A stretch of 64,000 bases of DNA, taken from the NCBI RefSeq assembly GCF_036507355.1, contig NZ_AP027877.1; one strand, given 5' to 3'. This stretch comes from Escherichia coli (GTDB lineage: Bacteria > Pseudomonadota > Gammaproteobacteria > Enterobacterales > Enterobacteriaceae). The notes beneath the pieces were generated by a model. The model did not search any database and was not told the DNA's origin. It saw only the letters and a program-made list of their open reading frames with translations. Shown here piece by piece: positions 45,066 to 56,740 of the stretch. Made by a program: the position numbers and the translations under genes. Each line of letters begins with the position of its first letter. Positions within the stretch are counted from its first letter, which is position 1.

Positions 45066-45911
45066 TTATTCATTTAAAGATTCAAGAAATGTCCAGCCTT
45101 TATGAGTAACATAATACATTTGTCCTTTTGCCCCTCTTTCAATCACAAAATCAAAGGATAACAGTTCGTTAAGTGCGCCCTCCCAACGGGCTACCTCTCT
45201 AGCCGAACTTCCACCAAAGGATTGATTTCCCGCTTGAATATCCGTGCCACCTAAATGCCTTATCACATAAATTGTTCCGCTATCATCGACACATGCCAAT
45301 TTCAGCAAACTGAGTGCATCGGCGGACAAATTACTTTCTGGCAAAGATTGACTTGTATTCGCATCAGGAGAATTGTTAATGGTAGATATAAGAGAAGACA
45401 AATAAGGGCTACTAGAAATAATTATCGAAAGTTGCCTACGGACTTTGTCTTTGAAATCAGATAAGTCATTAAAAGACTCTATCAATCCCTTTTGCATGCA
45501 CTCAATTTTGAACAATTTAAGAGACTCATATTGTTCTCTATCAAGGCTTTCAGGGGCAACAGGCTTTGAGGAAAAGTAAATCATTGCCGGTTTTCCCGCA
45601 TTCAAATGACGGTGAATTTCTTCGACTGTTCCGCTGGCCTCGTTCCCAGTCGGTGAGCCTAGACGAGTCCAAAACACACCGATTAATAAATCACAATCTA
45701 CTAATAATCTTTGATTAATCAACTCCTGAGGCCTAACTCCTAATTCGGGTGATGTATGAGTTTCCCATCCAATTGGTGTCAACATTACTTTTGAACGAGC
45801 TGAATTTATATCATTCCACTCATGGATCATTTCACGAATGACTTGTCTCTCTTCAGCGACATCACCAGGAGAAGCAATCATTACAGGGATAACAGTTGCT
45901 GTGTAAGCCAT
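45066..45911 (-). CDS. Hypothetical protein with DUF4062-like N-terminal domain and an uncharacterised C-terminal domain
   Basis: N-terminus VMIASPGDVAEERQVIREMIHEW ... DCDLLIGVFWTRLGSP ... SGTVEEIHRHLNAGKPAMIYF resembles the DUF4062 pattern as I recall it; GGAGAG RBS 6 nt upstream; visibly AT-rich. Confidence 0.45.
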   Translation of the reverse strand: MAYTATVIPVMIASPGDVAEERQVIREMIHEWNDINSARSKVMLTPIGWETHTSPELGVRPQELINQRLLVDCDLLIGVFWTRLGSPTGNEASGTVEEIHRHLNAGKPAMIYFSSKPVAPESLDREQYESLKLFKIECMQKGLIESFNDLSDFKDKVRRQLSIIISSSPYLSSLISTINNSPDANTSQSLPESNLSADALSLLKLACVDDSGTIYVIRHLGGTDIQAGNQSFGGSSAREVARWEGALNELLSFDFVIERGAKGQMYYVTHKGWTFLESLNE

Positions 45912-45924
45912 AAACTCTCCATAT

Positions 45925-46485
45925 TCAATCGGTAATAGCTGCTACAGTCGCTCTTGAAACGCCATATTGACGCGCTAACGCACTGATACTCAAACCGCTA
46001 TTCTTTTTCTCTAAAATCTCTCTACGGGCTTCTGACGCGATTTTAGGAGGTCTGCCCAATTTCTTACCTTCGGCTTTTGCTCGTGATAGTCCCGCCTGAG
46101 TGCGCTCAATCAGCAGATCACGCTCCATCTCCGCAACCGCGGCGAGCATAGATAATAGCAACTTCCCAGCGGCAGAAGTGAGATCTGTGTTACCAAGCTG
46201 GTGGACAAGAACCTTGATATTACGGTCAGCCAGCGCCCTTACCGTTTGCAGGACGTCAATCGCATCACGCCCCAGACGATCAAGCTTCGCTACCACCAAC
46301 GTTTCACCATCGCGGATTTTATTGAGCATTTCAGAAAATGCTTTACGTTGCATTGCCGGAACCTTCCCGCTAACAACATCGGCAAACCAGTAATCAATTT
46401 GCCACCCAGCCTGCCCAAGCTCCAGCCGTTGGTTCTCAGTATCCTGCTGCGATGTCGAAACACGTCCGTAGCCAAAAGTTGCCAT
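45925..46485 (-). CDS. Small serine recombinase (resolvase/invertase family), about 186 aa
   Basis: From MATFGYGRVSTSQQDTENQ (catalytic Ser region) with a C-terminal helix-turn-helix (LSISALARQYGVSRATV); GGGGAG RBS upstream of the ATG at 46485. The track ORF carries a 23-codon extension. Confidence 0.8.
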   Translation of the reverse strand: MATFGYGRVSTSQQDTENQRLELGQAGWQIDYWFADVVSGKVPAMQRKAFSEMLNKIRDGETLVVAKLDRLGRDAIDVLQTVRALADRNIKVLVHQLGNTDLTSAAGKLLLSMLAAVAEMERDLLIERTQAGLSRAKAEGKKLGRPPKIASEARREILEKKNSGLSISALARQYGVSRATVAAITD

Positions 46486-46507
46486 TGTTATCTCCCCATC
46501 TGACCCC

Positions 46508-46605
46508 TGCCAGAAAACGAGGCCAACATTAGGATGGCCTGCCAGAAAAGCCAAGGCTATTTTTCCAACAGTGTGAAAGCGTGCGATTGGGAGGTGCCAG
46601 AAAAC
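46508..46605. promoter_or_regulatory. Three direct copies of TGCCAGAAAA(C/G) upstream of the recombinase gene, plus a short GGCCA...TGGCC palindrome; candidate recombinase binding or regulatory site
   Basis: Copies read at 46508, 46540 and 46595; the GGCCAACATTAGGATGGCC palindrome lies between the first two. Confidence 0.35.
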
Positions 46606-47460
46606 GGTCGATTGATGACACCATCAAACACTAACAGTGTGCCCCGGCAACGCGCGCCTGCAACGGTTGTCTCGGATGAGCAAAATCTTAGGGTTTTCTC
46701 AGCGACCCCTGACGCGCGGGCACGCACATGCTCACGGGGGCGCGGGCGAGCTATACAGTTGAGGGAGGGGCAACCATAAGCGTGCAATTTTTCAAGCCGG
46801 GGATTCAGCTATAGGCTAACGGTAGAATGCGGCTTGTAGAGGGTTGTGCGCACATACCCAGTACAATCGCATTACTCCACGCGCACAAACCCCGGAGAGC
46901 CGCTTGCGGTGGGGGTTTAAGAGGTACAATTTTTGGTTCGGGTCATAAAGGACTTTTGAGAGCTGACTTAGCTTATTTAAACTGCATTCGTCTTGGCTAT
47001 GGAGACACGAGGCAGCTCAAGTTTTGTTCAAAACTTTGCAATATTTTGGTTCGATCTCATGTTCTCGTGCTAAAGAAATCAGCACTCGATCAAATTTTCA
47101 TTTTTTTTCTGAAACATTGACATACAGCCTAAGCCTTAAGGCACGTAGGGTTGGTCGAAATTTCCCTTTGACAACCTCAATTTAACCTCAAAATCAACCC
47201 TTGTACTGCAAAGAATCCTAACTAGAATGCTGAACATGTAGGGGGGAATCTTATTAACACACCCTATATGTTGTGCTCATGTATAAATGATGGGCATAAA
47301 AAAACCGGAGTCACCTGCGTGAATCCGGTCTATGAAGCATGACCGCCATGAGTCTGCAAACTCATAACGATTGTTAGCCTCACTATCGTTTCTAACGGCT
47401 CGATTGTGCCCGGCTTGGTTGGTTATGTAAACAGTAAGATAAAATCAAAAGGAACGATCC

Positions 47461-48375
47461 ATGCTTATTCAGAAAAAGCGTATTCGAAATATTGATAATT
47501 ACATACCTAACTTTGATGGCCGTGATATCTACATTGCACATTCTTTGCCAGATGCGGGGAAAACGGACTCTATTGGTTTCTCAAGTCAAAGAGCTTTAGG
47601 TGAAGAAGTCCTCCCCAAGATTTTAGGGCCAATAACCAGATTCAATGCTAATGGCAAATCAGTACCTGACAAAACAGCACCTAAAGAAACTGCATACAGA
47701 CAAATTTCATGGACTAGAAAGCAATGGATCGGAGGGGGCGCAACTCAAGAAGTTACTGACACTCGTGAAATTGAGTATAAGCGCTACAAGAGAATCCTCA
47801 CCCCTCCACCAAGCATAGAGTTAAAGATTGTAGAGAATCTTCAAGGGGAGAAGTTGATCATCTCTCCAAAGCTAAGTTTGACAGCTAACAACAAAGAGTT
47901 AGTGGCTCACTGCATTAATCTTTTTTTAGAGCTTTTTGGGTTGTGCGAAACTGTTGACGACCAACTTAATACCATCGTTAAAAGTAAATCTATAAAACTA
48001 AACTGGAGCCTCCTGCCTCAGGGTCAACAGCCTTGGAGTACTATCGGTTCAAAAATCCTTTCAGCTATTAAGATCAGGGGAAAGGGCAATACCGCTGTTG
48101 TTGAAGGCAGACTTGAACTTATCAATAGTAAAAAACCAGATTTCGTAGCGGTTGGGCAAGCTGGGTTCCAAGGCTACGTGATATTTGGGTTCACAGGCCA
48201 AAACATTTACGTGCTAGAAAGCTCACAATGTAATAACGCAACTTATATACTTAACAATAATTGGCAGCAGTTATCCCAGCTAACTAAAGCCGAAATACTA
48301 GACGGAAACTTGCACCATGCCCGTGTCATCCACCGTGTAAACTGGGCAGCAGAAATACTTAAATACTTACCATAA
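47461..48375 (+). CDS. Hypothetical protein (304 aa), no domain recognised
   Basis: ATG preceded by an AAGGAA RBS at about 8-nt spacing; visibly AT-rich; no homologue recognised by eye. Confidence 0.5.
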   Translation: MLIQKKRIRNIDNYIPNFDGRDIYIAHSLPDAGKTDSIGFSSQRALGEEVLPKILGPITRFNANGKSVPDKTAPKETAYRQISWTRKQWIGGGATQEVTDTREIEYKRYKRILTPPPSIELKIVENLQGEKLIISPKLSLTANNKELVAHCINLFLELFGLCETVDDQLNTIVKSKSIKLNWSLLPQGQQPWSTIGSKILSAIKIRGKGNTAVVEGRLELINSKKPDFVAVGQAGFQGYVIFGFTGQNIYVLESSQCNNATYILNNNWQQLSQLTKAEILDGNLHHARVIHRVNWAAEILKYLP

Positions 48376-48888
48376 AGCGCCGGACGCGCGGGAATGAACC
48401 CCCGCGCACTTTCAAACATACCGCAATAGAATCCATAAAGCCCCGTTGGTGGTAAGACAACAAGCGGAGCCTCTGGCGACTACATCACAGTTATGTCAGT
48501 TAGTGAGGCTTATCAGGATGACCATGTACCCAAGGGGAGCGAGGCCGAACCGCTGGCAGAGCTTGCATATGGTCTGCAAGTACCGTGACCACCATAAACC
48601 TGTTTATCCCCTGCGGCGTCTCGCGACAGCGGCAGAACGGGGGCATCGGGCTAAAATGCGCTTCACTAAAAGTTTTTGGGATTGTTTAGAGACAGTGGCT
48701 ACGTCATAGCTTTCAAGTTGAGTCAGTACGTGTTTGACGCTTGGAACTACACGCCGCTATGAGTTAACATCCCAATTACCACTATCAACCACAGCGGCTT
48801 TTTCAAGGGACATAACAGAGCATTTCTTACAGGCAAAAGAGACAGATTTTATTGTCTAACTACCTGTATTGTAAGGAATTTAGTGACT

Positions 48889-48973
48889 TGGTGCCGAAGG
48901 CCGGACTCGAACCGGCACGTATTTCTACGGTTGATTTTGAATCAACTGCGTCTACCGATTTCGCCACTTCGGC
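48889..48973 (-). tRNA. leuX: tRNA-Leu (leuX type, CAA anticodon)
   Basis: Reverse complement reads GCCGAAGTGGCGAAATCGGTAGACGCAGTTGATTCAAAATCAACCGTAGAAATACGTGCCGGTTCGAGTCCGGCCTTCGGCACCA, a cloverleaf with a long variable arm and CCA end. Confidence 0.9.
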
Positions 48974-49168
48974 ACTGAAGAGGTATGCGGAAAACGTTGT
49001 GGATTATACCTGTCGCACGCCACCATGCAAGCGCCAGCTTGCTCGCACCTCGCTAAGTGCTGAAATTTTCAGCATTGCATACAGCGATGTGTAACCTTTG
49101 TCACACTCCAGGCACCCCGCCCTGCCATGCTCTACACTTCCCAGACAACACCAGAGAAGGACCAAAAA

Positions 49169-50188
49169 ATGTCGATGATAAAAAGCTATGCCGCAAAAGA
49201 AGCAGGCGGCGAACTGGAAGTTTATGAGTACGATCCCGGTGAACTGAAGCCACAAGATGTTGAAGTGCAGGTGGATTACTGCGGGATCTGCCATTCCGAT
49301 CTGTCGATGATCGATAACGAATGGGGATTTTCACAATATCCGCTGGTTGCCGGGCATGAGGTGATTGGTCGCGTGGTGGCGCTCGGGAGCGCCGCGCAGG
49401 ATAAAGGTTTGCAGGTCGGTCAGCGTGTCGGGATTGGCTGGACGGCGCGTAGCTGCGGGCATTGCGATGCCTGTATTAGCGGTAATCAGATCAACTGTGA
49501 GCAAGGTGCGGTGCCGACGATTATGAATCGCGGTGGCTTTGCCGAGAAGTTGCGTGCGGACTGGCAATGGGTGATTCCACTGCCAGAAAATATTGATATC
49601 GAGTCCGCCGGGCCGCTGTTGTGCGGTGGTATCACGGTCTTCAAACCACTGTTAATGCACCATATCACTGCCACCAGCCGCGTTGGGGTAATTGGTATTG
49701 GCGGGCTGGGGCATATCGCTATAAAACTTCTGCACGCAATGGGATGCGAGGTGACAGCCTTTAGTTCGAATCCGGCGAAAGAGCAGGAAGTACTGGCGAT
49801 GGGTGCCGATAAAGTGGTGAATAGCCGCGATCCGCAGGCACTGAAAGCACTGGCGGGGCAGTTTGATCTCATTATCAACACCGTCAACGTCAGCCTCGAC
49901 TGGCAGCCTTATTTTGAAGCGCTGACGTACGGCGGTAATTTCCATACGGTCGGTGCGGTTCTCACGCCGCTGTCTGTTCCGGCCTTTACGTTAATTGCGG
50001 GCGACCGCAGCGTCTCTGGTTCTGCTACCGGCACGCCTTATGAGTTGCGTAAGCTGATGCGCTTTGCCGCCCGCAGCAAGGTTGCGCCGACTACCGAATT
50101 GTTCCCGATGTCGAAAATTAACGACGCCATTCAGCATGTACGCGATGGTAAAGCGCGCTACCGAGTGGTCCTGAAAGCCGACTTCTGA
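49169..50188 (+). CDS. ahr: NADPH-dependent aldehyde reductase (zinc alcohol dehydrogenase family)
   Basis: From [26 protein letters not shown]...GHEVIG...GIGGLGH. Confidence 0.9.
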   Translation: MSMIKSYAAKEAGGELEVYEYDPGELKPQDVEVQVDYCGICHSDLSMIDNEWGFSQYPLVAGHEVIGRVVALGSAAQDKGLQVGQRVGIGWTARSCGHCDACISGNQINCEQGAVPTIMNRGGFAEKLRADWQWVIPLPENIDIESAGPLLCGGITVFKPLLMHHITATSRVGVIGIGGLGHIAIKLLHAMGCEVTAFSSNPAKEQEVLAMGADKVVNSRDPQALKALAGQFDLIINTVNVSLDWQPYFEALTYGGNFHTVGAVLTPLSVPAFTLIAGDRSVSGSATGTPYELRKLMRFAARSKVAPTTELFPMSKINDAIQHVRDGKARYRVVLKADF

Positions 50189-50317
50189 TCCCTTTGCCGG
50201 GTGCCTGTCGCCCGGCACTTAAATCTCTTTGGAAGGCGTCTCGCAATCTGCTGAATTTAGCGGTGAAGAGTGCGCAGCCGTTGCCTATACTCCAGGCAGG
50301 AAACTGGAGGAAATCTC

Positions 50318-51820
50318 ATGAGCGAACCCCTGTTAATTGCCCGCACGCCGGACACAGAACTATTTTTACTGCCGGGAATGGCTAACCGTCACGGGCTGAT
50401 TACTGGCGCAACGGGGACGGGTAAAACTGTCACGCTGCAAAAACTGGCGGAGTCTCTATCGGAAATCGGTGTTCCGGTGTTTATGGCCGATGTGAAAGGC
50501 GATCTGACCGGCATCGCGCAGGCAGGAACGGCGTCGGAAAAACTGCTCGCAAGGCTTAAAAATATCGGCGTCAATGACTGGCAACCGCATGCCAATCCGG
50601 TGGTGGTGTGGGATATCTTTGGCGAGAAAGGCCATCCGGTGCGGGCGACGGTTTCGGATCTGGGGCCGCTGTTGTTGGCGCGGCTGTTGAATCTCAACGA
50701 TGTGCAGTCTGGCGTGCTGGATATCATCTTCCGCATTGCTGACGATCAGGGGCTGTTACTGCTCGACTTTAAAGATTTGCGGGCGATTACCCAGTACATC
50801 GGCGATAACGCCAAATCTTTCCAGAATCAGTACGGAAATATCAGTAGCGCATCGGTTGGTGCCATCCAGCGCGGGCTGTTGTCGCTGGAACAGCAAGGCG
50901 CAGCACACTTCTTTGGTGAGCCGATGCTGGATATCAAAGACTGGATGCGCACCGATGCCAACGGTAAAGGCGTTATCAATATCCTCAGCGTCGAGAAGCT
51001 TTATCAGATGCCGAAACTGTATGCCGCCAGCCTGTTGTGGATGCTCTCGGAGTTGTATGAACAATTGCCGGAAGCGGGCGATCTGGAGAAACCAAAACTG
51101 GTGTTTTTCTTCGACGAGGCACATCTGCTGTTTAACGATGCACCGCAGGTACTGCTGGATAAGATTGAGCAGGTGATAAGGCTTATTCGCTCAAAAGGCG
51201 TGGGCGTCTGGTTCGTTTCGCAAAATCCGTCCGATATTCCGGATAACGTGCTCGGCCAGCTCGGTAATCGCGTTCAACACGCTTTGCGAACTTTTACGCC
51301 CAAAGATCAGAAAGCGGTAAAAGCTGCGGCGCAAACCATGCGGGTCAATCCGGCATTTGATACCGAAAAGGCGATTCAGGAACTGGGCACCGGCGAGGCG
51401 TTGATCTCTTTTCTGGATGCGAAAGGAAGCCCTTCTGTGGTGGAACGGGCGATGGTGATTGCGCCTTGTTCGCGGATGGGACCGATGACGGAAGATGAGC
51501 GTAATGGCTTGATTAATCACTCTCCGGTGTATGGCAAGTACGAGGATGACGTGGACCGGGAATCCGCCTATGAGATGTTGCAAAAAGGCGTACAGGCAAG
51601 CGCCGAGCAGCAAAATAATCCTGCCGTGAAAGGGAAAGAGGTGGCGGTGGATGACGGCATTCTTGGTGGATTGAAGGATATTTTGTTTGGCACTACCGGA
51701 CCACGCGGCGGGAAGAAAGATGGTGTGGTGCAAACAATGGCGAAAAGCGCCGCCCGCCAGGTGACGAATCAGATTGTACGTGGGATGTTGGGGAGTTTGC
51801 TGGGGGGAAGAAGAAGGTAA
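50318..51820 (+). CDS. yjgR: DUF853 P-loop NTPase
   Basis: From [37 protein letters not shown] (Walker A). Confidence 0.85.
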   Translation: MSEPLLIARTPDTELFLLPGMANRHGLITGATGTGKTVTLQKLAESLSEIGVPVFMADVKGDLTGIAQAGTASEKLLARLKNIGVNDWQPHANPVVVWDIFGEKGHPVRATVSDLGPLLLARLLNLNDVQSGVLDIIFRIADDQGLLLLDFKDLRAITQYIGDNAKSFQNQYGNISSASVGAIQRGLLSLEQQGAAHFFGEPMLDIKDWMRTDANGKGVINILSVEKLYQMPKLYAASLLWMLSELYEQLPEAGDLEKPKLVFFFDEAHLLFNDAPQVLLDKIEQVIRLIRSKGVGVWFVSQNPSDIPDNVLGQLGNRVQHALRTFTPKDQKAVKAAAQTMRVNPAFDTEKAIQELGTGEALISFLDAKGSPSVVERAMVIAPCSRMGPMTEDERNGLINHSPVYGKYEDDVDRESAYEMLQKGVQASAEQQNNPAVKGKEVAVDDGILGGLKDILFGTTGPRGGKKDGVVQTMAKSAARQVTNQIVRGMLGSLLGGRRR

Positions 51821-51840
51821 GTCAGGCGCGATTTGTCTTT

Positions 51841-51879
51841 GCCTGATGCGACGCTGGCGCGTCTTATCATGCCTACACC
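51841..51879. repeat. REP element
   Basis: GCCTGATGCGACGCTGGCGCGTCTTATCATGCCTAC. Confidence 0.7.
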
Positions 51880-51980
51880 ACTGCAATATATTGGATTTTC
51901 ATGATTTTTCAGGCATGAACGAAGCACACTTTGCTAACAATAATAAAGGGAGCTTTCGCTCCCTTTATTCGTTCATTCGG

Positions 51981-53063
51981 TTACGATTTTCTCATTAACA
52001 GCCACAGGCTGATTAAGAAGAAGCTGGCGCTTGGCAACAGTGCGCCGATGATCGGCGGGATGCCATAAACCAACGTCAGCGGGCCGAAGATCTGGTCCAG
52101 TACATAGAAGACAAAACCGAAGCTGATACCGGTGACCACACGCACACCCATCGGTACGCTACGCAGTGGGCCAAAGATGAACGACAGCGCCATCAGCATC
52201 ATCACCGCCACGGATAGCGGCTGGAAGATTTTGCTCCACATGTTGAGCTGATAACGTCCGGCATCCTGACCGCTCGATTTCAGATACTTCACATAGTTGT
52301 GCAAACCGCTGATAGAGAGTGCATCCGGATCCAGCGCCACCACGCCCAGTTTGTCAGGCGTGAGGTTGGTTTTCCAGGTGCCGCTCACCGTCTGCGAACC
52401 GGTGATCTGTTTCGGATTGGTCAGATCAGATTCATCAATCTGCGACAGACGCCAGACTTTATGTTCCGGGTCAAACTTCGCGGTAGCGGCATAGCGTACG
52501 GATTGCAGACGACGATTCTCGTTAAAGGCATAAATACTGATGCCACCTAACTCTTCGTCACCTTTAACCCGCTCAATGTAGACGAAGTTGTTGCCATCTT
52601 TCGCCCATAAACCTTGCTGGGTAGAGAGCAACGAGCCGCCGTACATCGCCTGCGCACGGTAGTTACGCGCCATCTGCTCGCCCTGCGGCGCGACCCATTC
52701 GCCAATCGCCATCGTCAGCAAGACCAGCGGAATGGCGGTTTTCATCACCGACAGCGCCACCTGCATACGGGTAAAACCAGAAGCCTGCATCACCACCAGT
52801 TCGCTGCGCTGCGCCAGCATCCCAAGACCAAGCAACGCCCCAAGCAAAGCCGCCATCGGGAAGAATATTTGCACATCTTTCGGCACGCTCAGCAAGGTAT
52901 ACATTCCTGCGCCTAACGCGTCGTAGCTCCCCTGCCCGGCTTTTTTCAACTGATCGACAAATTTGATAATGCCCGACAGCGACACCAGCATGAACAGCGT
53001 CATCATGATGGTGGTGAAAATAGTTTTACCGATATAGCGGTCAAGTACGCCAAAAGGTTGCAT
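51981..53063 (-). CDS. lptG: LPS export ABC permease
   Basis: From MQPFGVLDRYIGKTIFTTIMMTLFMLVSL. Confidence 0.9.
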   Translation of the reverse strand: MQPFGVLDRYIGKTIFTTIMMTLFMLVSLSGIIKFVDQLKKAGQGSYDALGAGMYTLLSVPKDVQIFFPMAALLGALLGLGMLAQRSELVVMQASGFTRMQVALSVMKTAIPLVLLTMAIGEWVAPQGEQMARNYRAQAMYGGSLLSTQQGLWAKDGNNFVYIERVKGDEELGGISIYAFNENRRLQSVRYAATAKFDPEHKVWRLSQIDESDLTNPKQITGSQTVSGTWKTNLTPDKLGVVALDPDALSISGLHNYVKYLKSSGQDAGRYQLNMWSKIFQPLSVAVMMLMALSFIFGPLRSVPMGVRVVTGISFGFVFYVLDQIFGPLTLVYGIPPIIGALLPSASFFLISLWLLMRKS

Positions 53064-54163
53064 CACACCGCTCCTTTACGCGAAAAACTGGCGCGCAGGC
53101 GGCGGACCGGCACAGTGTCCCAAAGGTTGAGAACAATCGCCAAAGCCAGATAAATCAGGTTAACGGTCCACATCCACAGCGTCGGGTCCAGCTTACCTTT
53201 ACCGCCGTTCGATTTCAGGGAGGTCTGGATCAGGAAGAAAAGTAGATACAGCAGCATGGCTGGCAGCATCGACAGTACGCGTCCCTGACGCGGGTTAACC
53301 ACGCTCAACGGTACAACCATAAGTGCCATCATAAACACGGTGAATACCAACGTGATACGCCAGTTCAGTTCTGCGCGGGCACGATCGGTGTCAGTGTTCC
53401 ACAATGTGCGCATGTCCATCTGGTCGGTATCGTTCGGGTCGAGCGCCACCGCCTGGTGACCAATGATCGCCTGATAATCCTGGAAATCCGTAATGCGGAA
53501 ATCACGTAACAGTGCAGTGCCTTCGAAGCGCGTTCCCTGGTTGAGAGTGACGACCTGGGAGCCGTCGCGCAGCTGGGTTAAATGTCCGGAATCGGCCACC
53601 ACCACAGAAGGTCGTGCATTACCTTTTGGTCGAATTTGTGCGAGGAACACATCTTTGAAATCGCTGCCGTCAACGCTTTCGATGAACAGCACCGAGCTGC
53701 CATTAGTCGCTTGCTGGAATTGCCCTTGCGCCAGCGCCGCCATGCCAGGGTTCGCTTTCGCTTCTGCTAACACTTCATCCTGATGACGCGATGACCACGG
53801 TCCCGCCCACATCACGTTAACCGCCGCGACGATTGCCGTGAATACCGCAAGGATCATTGCCGCTTTCACCAGAACCGCTTTGCTCAGGCCGCAGGCATGC
53901 ATTACCGTAATTTCACTTTCGGTATACAGTTTGCCCAGCGTCATCAGCAGCCCGAGGAACAGGCTTAATGGCAGGATAAGCTGCGCCATTTCCGGCACGC
54001 CCAACCCGAGAAGGGAGAGCACCAGATTCGCCGGAATATCGCCGTCAACCGCTGCGCCGAGGATCCTCACTAACTTTTGACAGAAGAAGATCAAAAGCAA
54101 GATGAAGAGTATCGCCAGCTGGCTTTTGAGCGTCTCCCGCACCAGATATCTTATGATTATCAC
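53063..54163 (-). CDS. lptF: LPS export ABC permease
   Basis: MIIIRYLVRETLKSQLAILFILLLIFFCQK... Confidence 0.9.
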   Translation of the reverse strand: MIIIRYLVRETLKSQLAILFILLLIFFCQKLVRILGAAVDGDIPANLVLSLLGLGVPEMAQLILPLSLFLGLLMTLGKLYTESEITVMHACGLSKAVLVKAAMILAVFTAIVAAVNVMWAGPWSSRHQDEVLAEAKANPGMAALAQGQFQQATNGSSVLFIESVDGSDFKDVFLAQIRPKGNARPSVVVADSGHLTQLRDGSQVVTLNQGTRFEGTALLRDFRITDFQDYQAIIGHQAVALDPNDTDQMDMRTLWNTDTDRARAELNWRITLVFTVFMMALMVVPLSVVNPRQGRVLSMLPAMLLYLLFFLIQTSLKSNGGKGKLDPTLWMWTVNLIYLALAIVLNLWDTVPVRRLRASFSRKGAV

Positions 54164-54426
54164 TTTAAATACGCCCGTAAAAACTCGTCTTTTGCAGGAT
54201 TTTAGCTTGTTTCATGGCTTAAACGTCATTTATTCTCTTGAGTCGTCGAAATCGTCGCTAAGATAATTATACTCAACGGATTCACCTCTCAGATTTTGTT
54301 CTGACGTGCCAATGCCGTAATAACGTTAAGATTAACACGAAGTCATCGCAACAGCGGACATGAGTTACGAAAGCTTGCAATTCTATCTGTAGCCACCGCC
54401 GTTGTCTTTAAGATTCAGGAGCGTAG

Positions 54427-55941
<1,515 letters not shown>

Positions 55942-55944
55942 TTG

Positions 55945-56275
<331 letters not shown>

Positions 56276-56296
56276 CCACCACAAGAAGCCCCATTT

Positions 56297-56740
56297 ATGA
56301 AAAACGCGACGTTCTACCTTCTGGACAATGACACCACCGTCGATGGCTTAAGCGCCGTTGAGCAACTGGTGTGTGAAATTGCCGCAGAACGTTGGCGCAG
56401 CGGTAAGCGCGTGCTCATCGCCTGTGAAGATGAAAAGCAGGCTTACCGGCTGGATGAAGCCCTGTGGGCGCGTCCGGCAGAAAGCTTTGTTCCGCATAAT
56501 TTAGCGGGAGAAGGACCGCGCGGCGGTGCGCCGGTGGAGATCGCCTGGCCGCAAAAACGCAGCAGCAGCCCGCGCGATATATTGATTAGTCTGCGAACAA
56601 GCTTTGCAGATTTTGCCACCGCTTTCACAGAAGTGGTAGACTTCGTTCCTTATGAAGATTCTCTGAAACAACTGGCGCGCGAACGCTATAAAGCCTACCG
56701 CGTGGCTGGTTTCAACCTGAATACGGCAACCTGGAAATAA
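56297..56740 (+). CDS. holC: DNA polymerase III chi subunit
   Basis: 147-aa [36 protein letters not shown]... Confidence 0.9.
   Translation: MKNATFYLLDNDTTVDGLSAVEQLVCEIAAERWRSGKRVLIACEDEKQAYRLDEALWARPAESFVPHNLAGEGPRGGAPVEIAWPQKRSSSPRDILISLRTSFADFATAFTEVVDFVPYEDSLKQLARERYKAYRVAGFNLNTATWK

Noticed and set aside
47296-47330. Short inverted repeat ACCGGA-N14-TCCGGT next to an A-run, a possible minus-strand terminator
   Set aside because: Stem is only 6 bp with a 14-nt loop and there is no upstream minus-strand gene for it to terminate; too weak to call.
48446-48709. 87-aa ORF between the orphan gene and leuX
   Set aside because: No convincing ribosome-binding site seen and no recognisable motif; more likely intergenic or att-region sequence.
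48376-48888. Looked for a P4-type tyrosine integrase or a direct repeat of the leuX 3' end adjacent to the tRNA
   Set aside because: No ORF with integrase motifs and no repeat found by eye; absence is reported as a finding rather than annotated as a feature.
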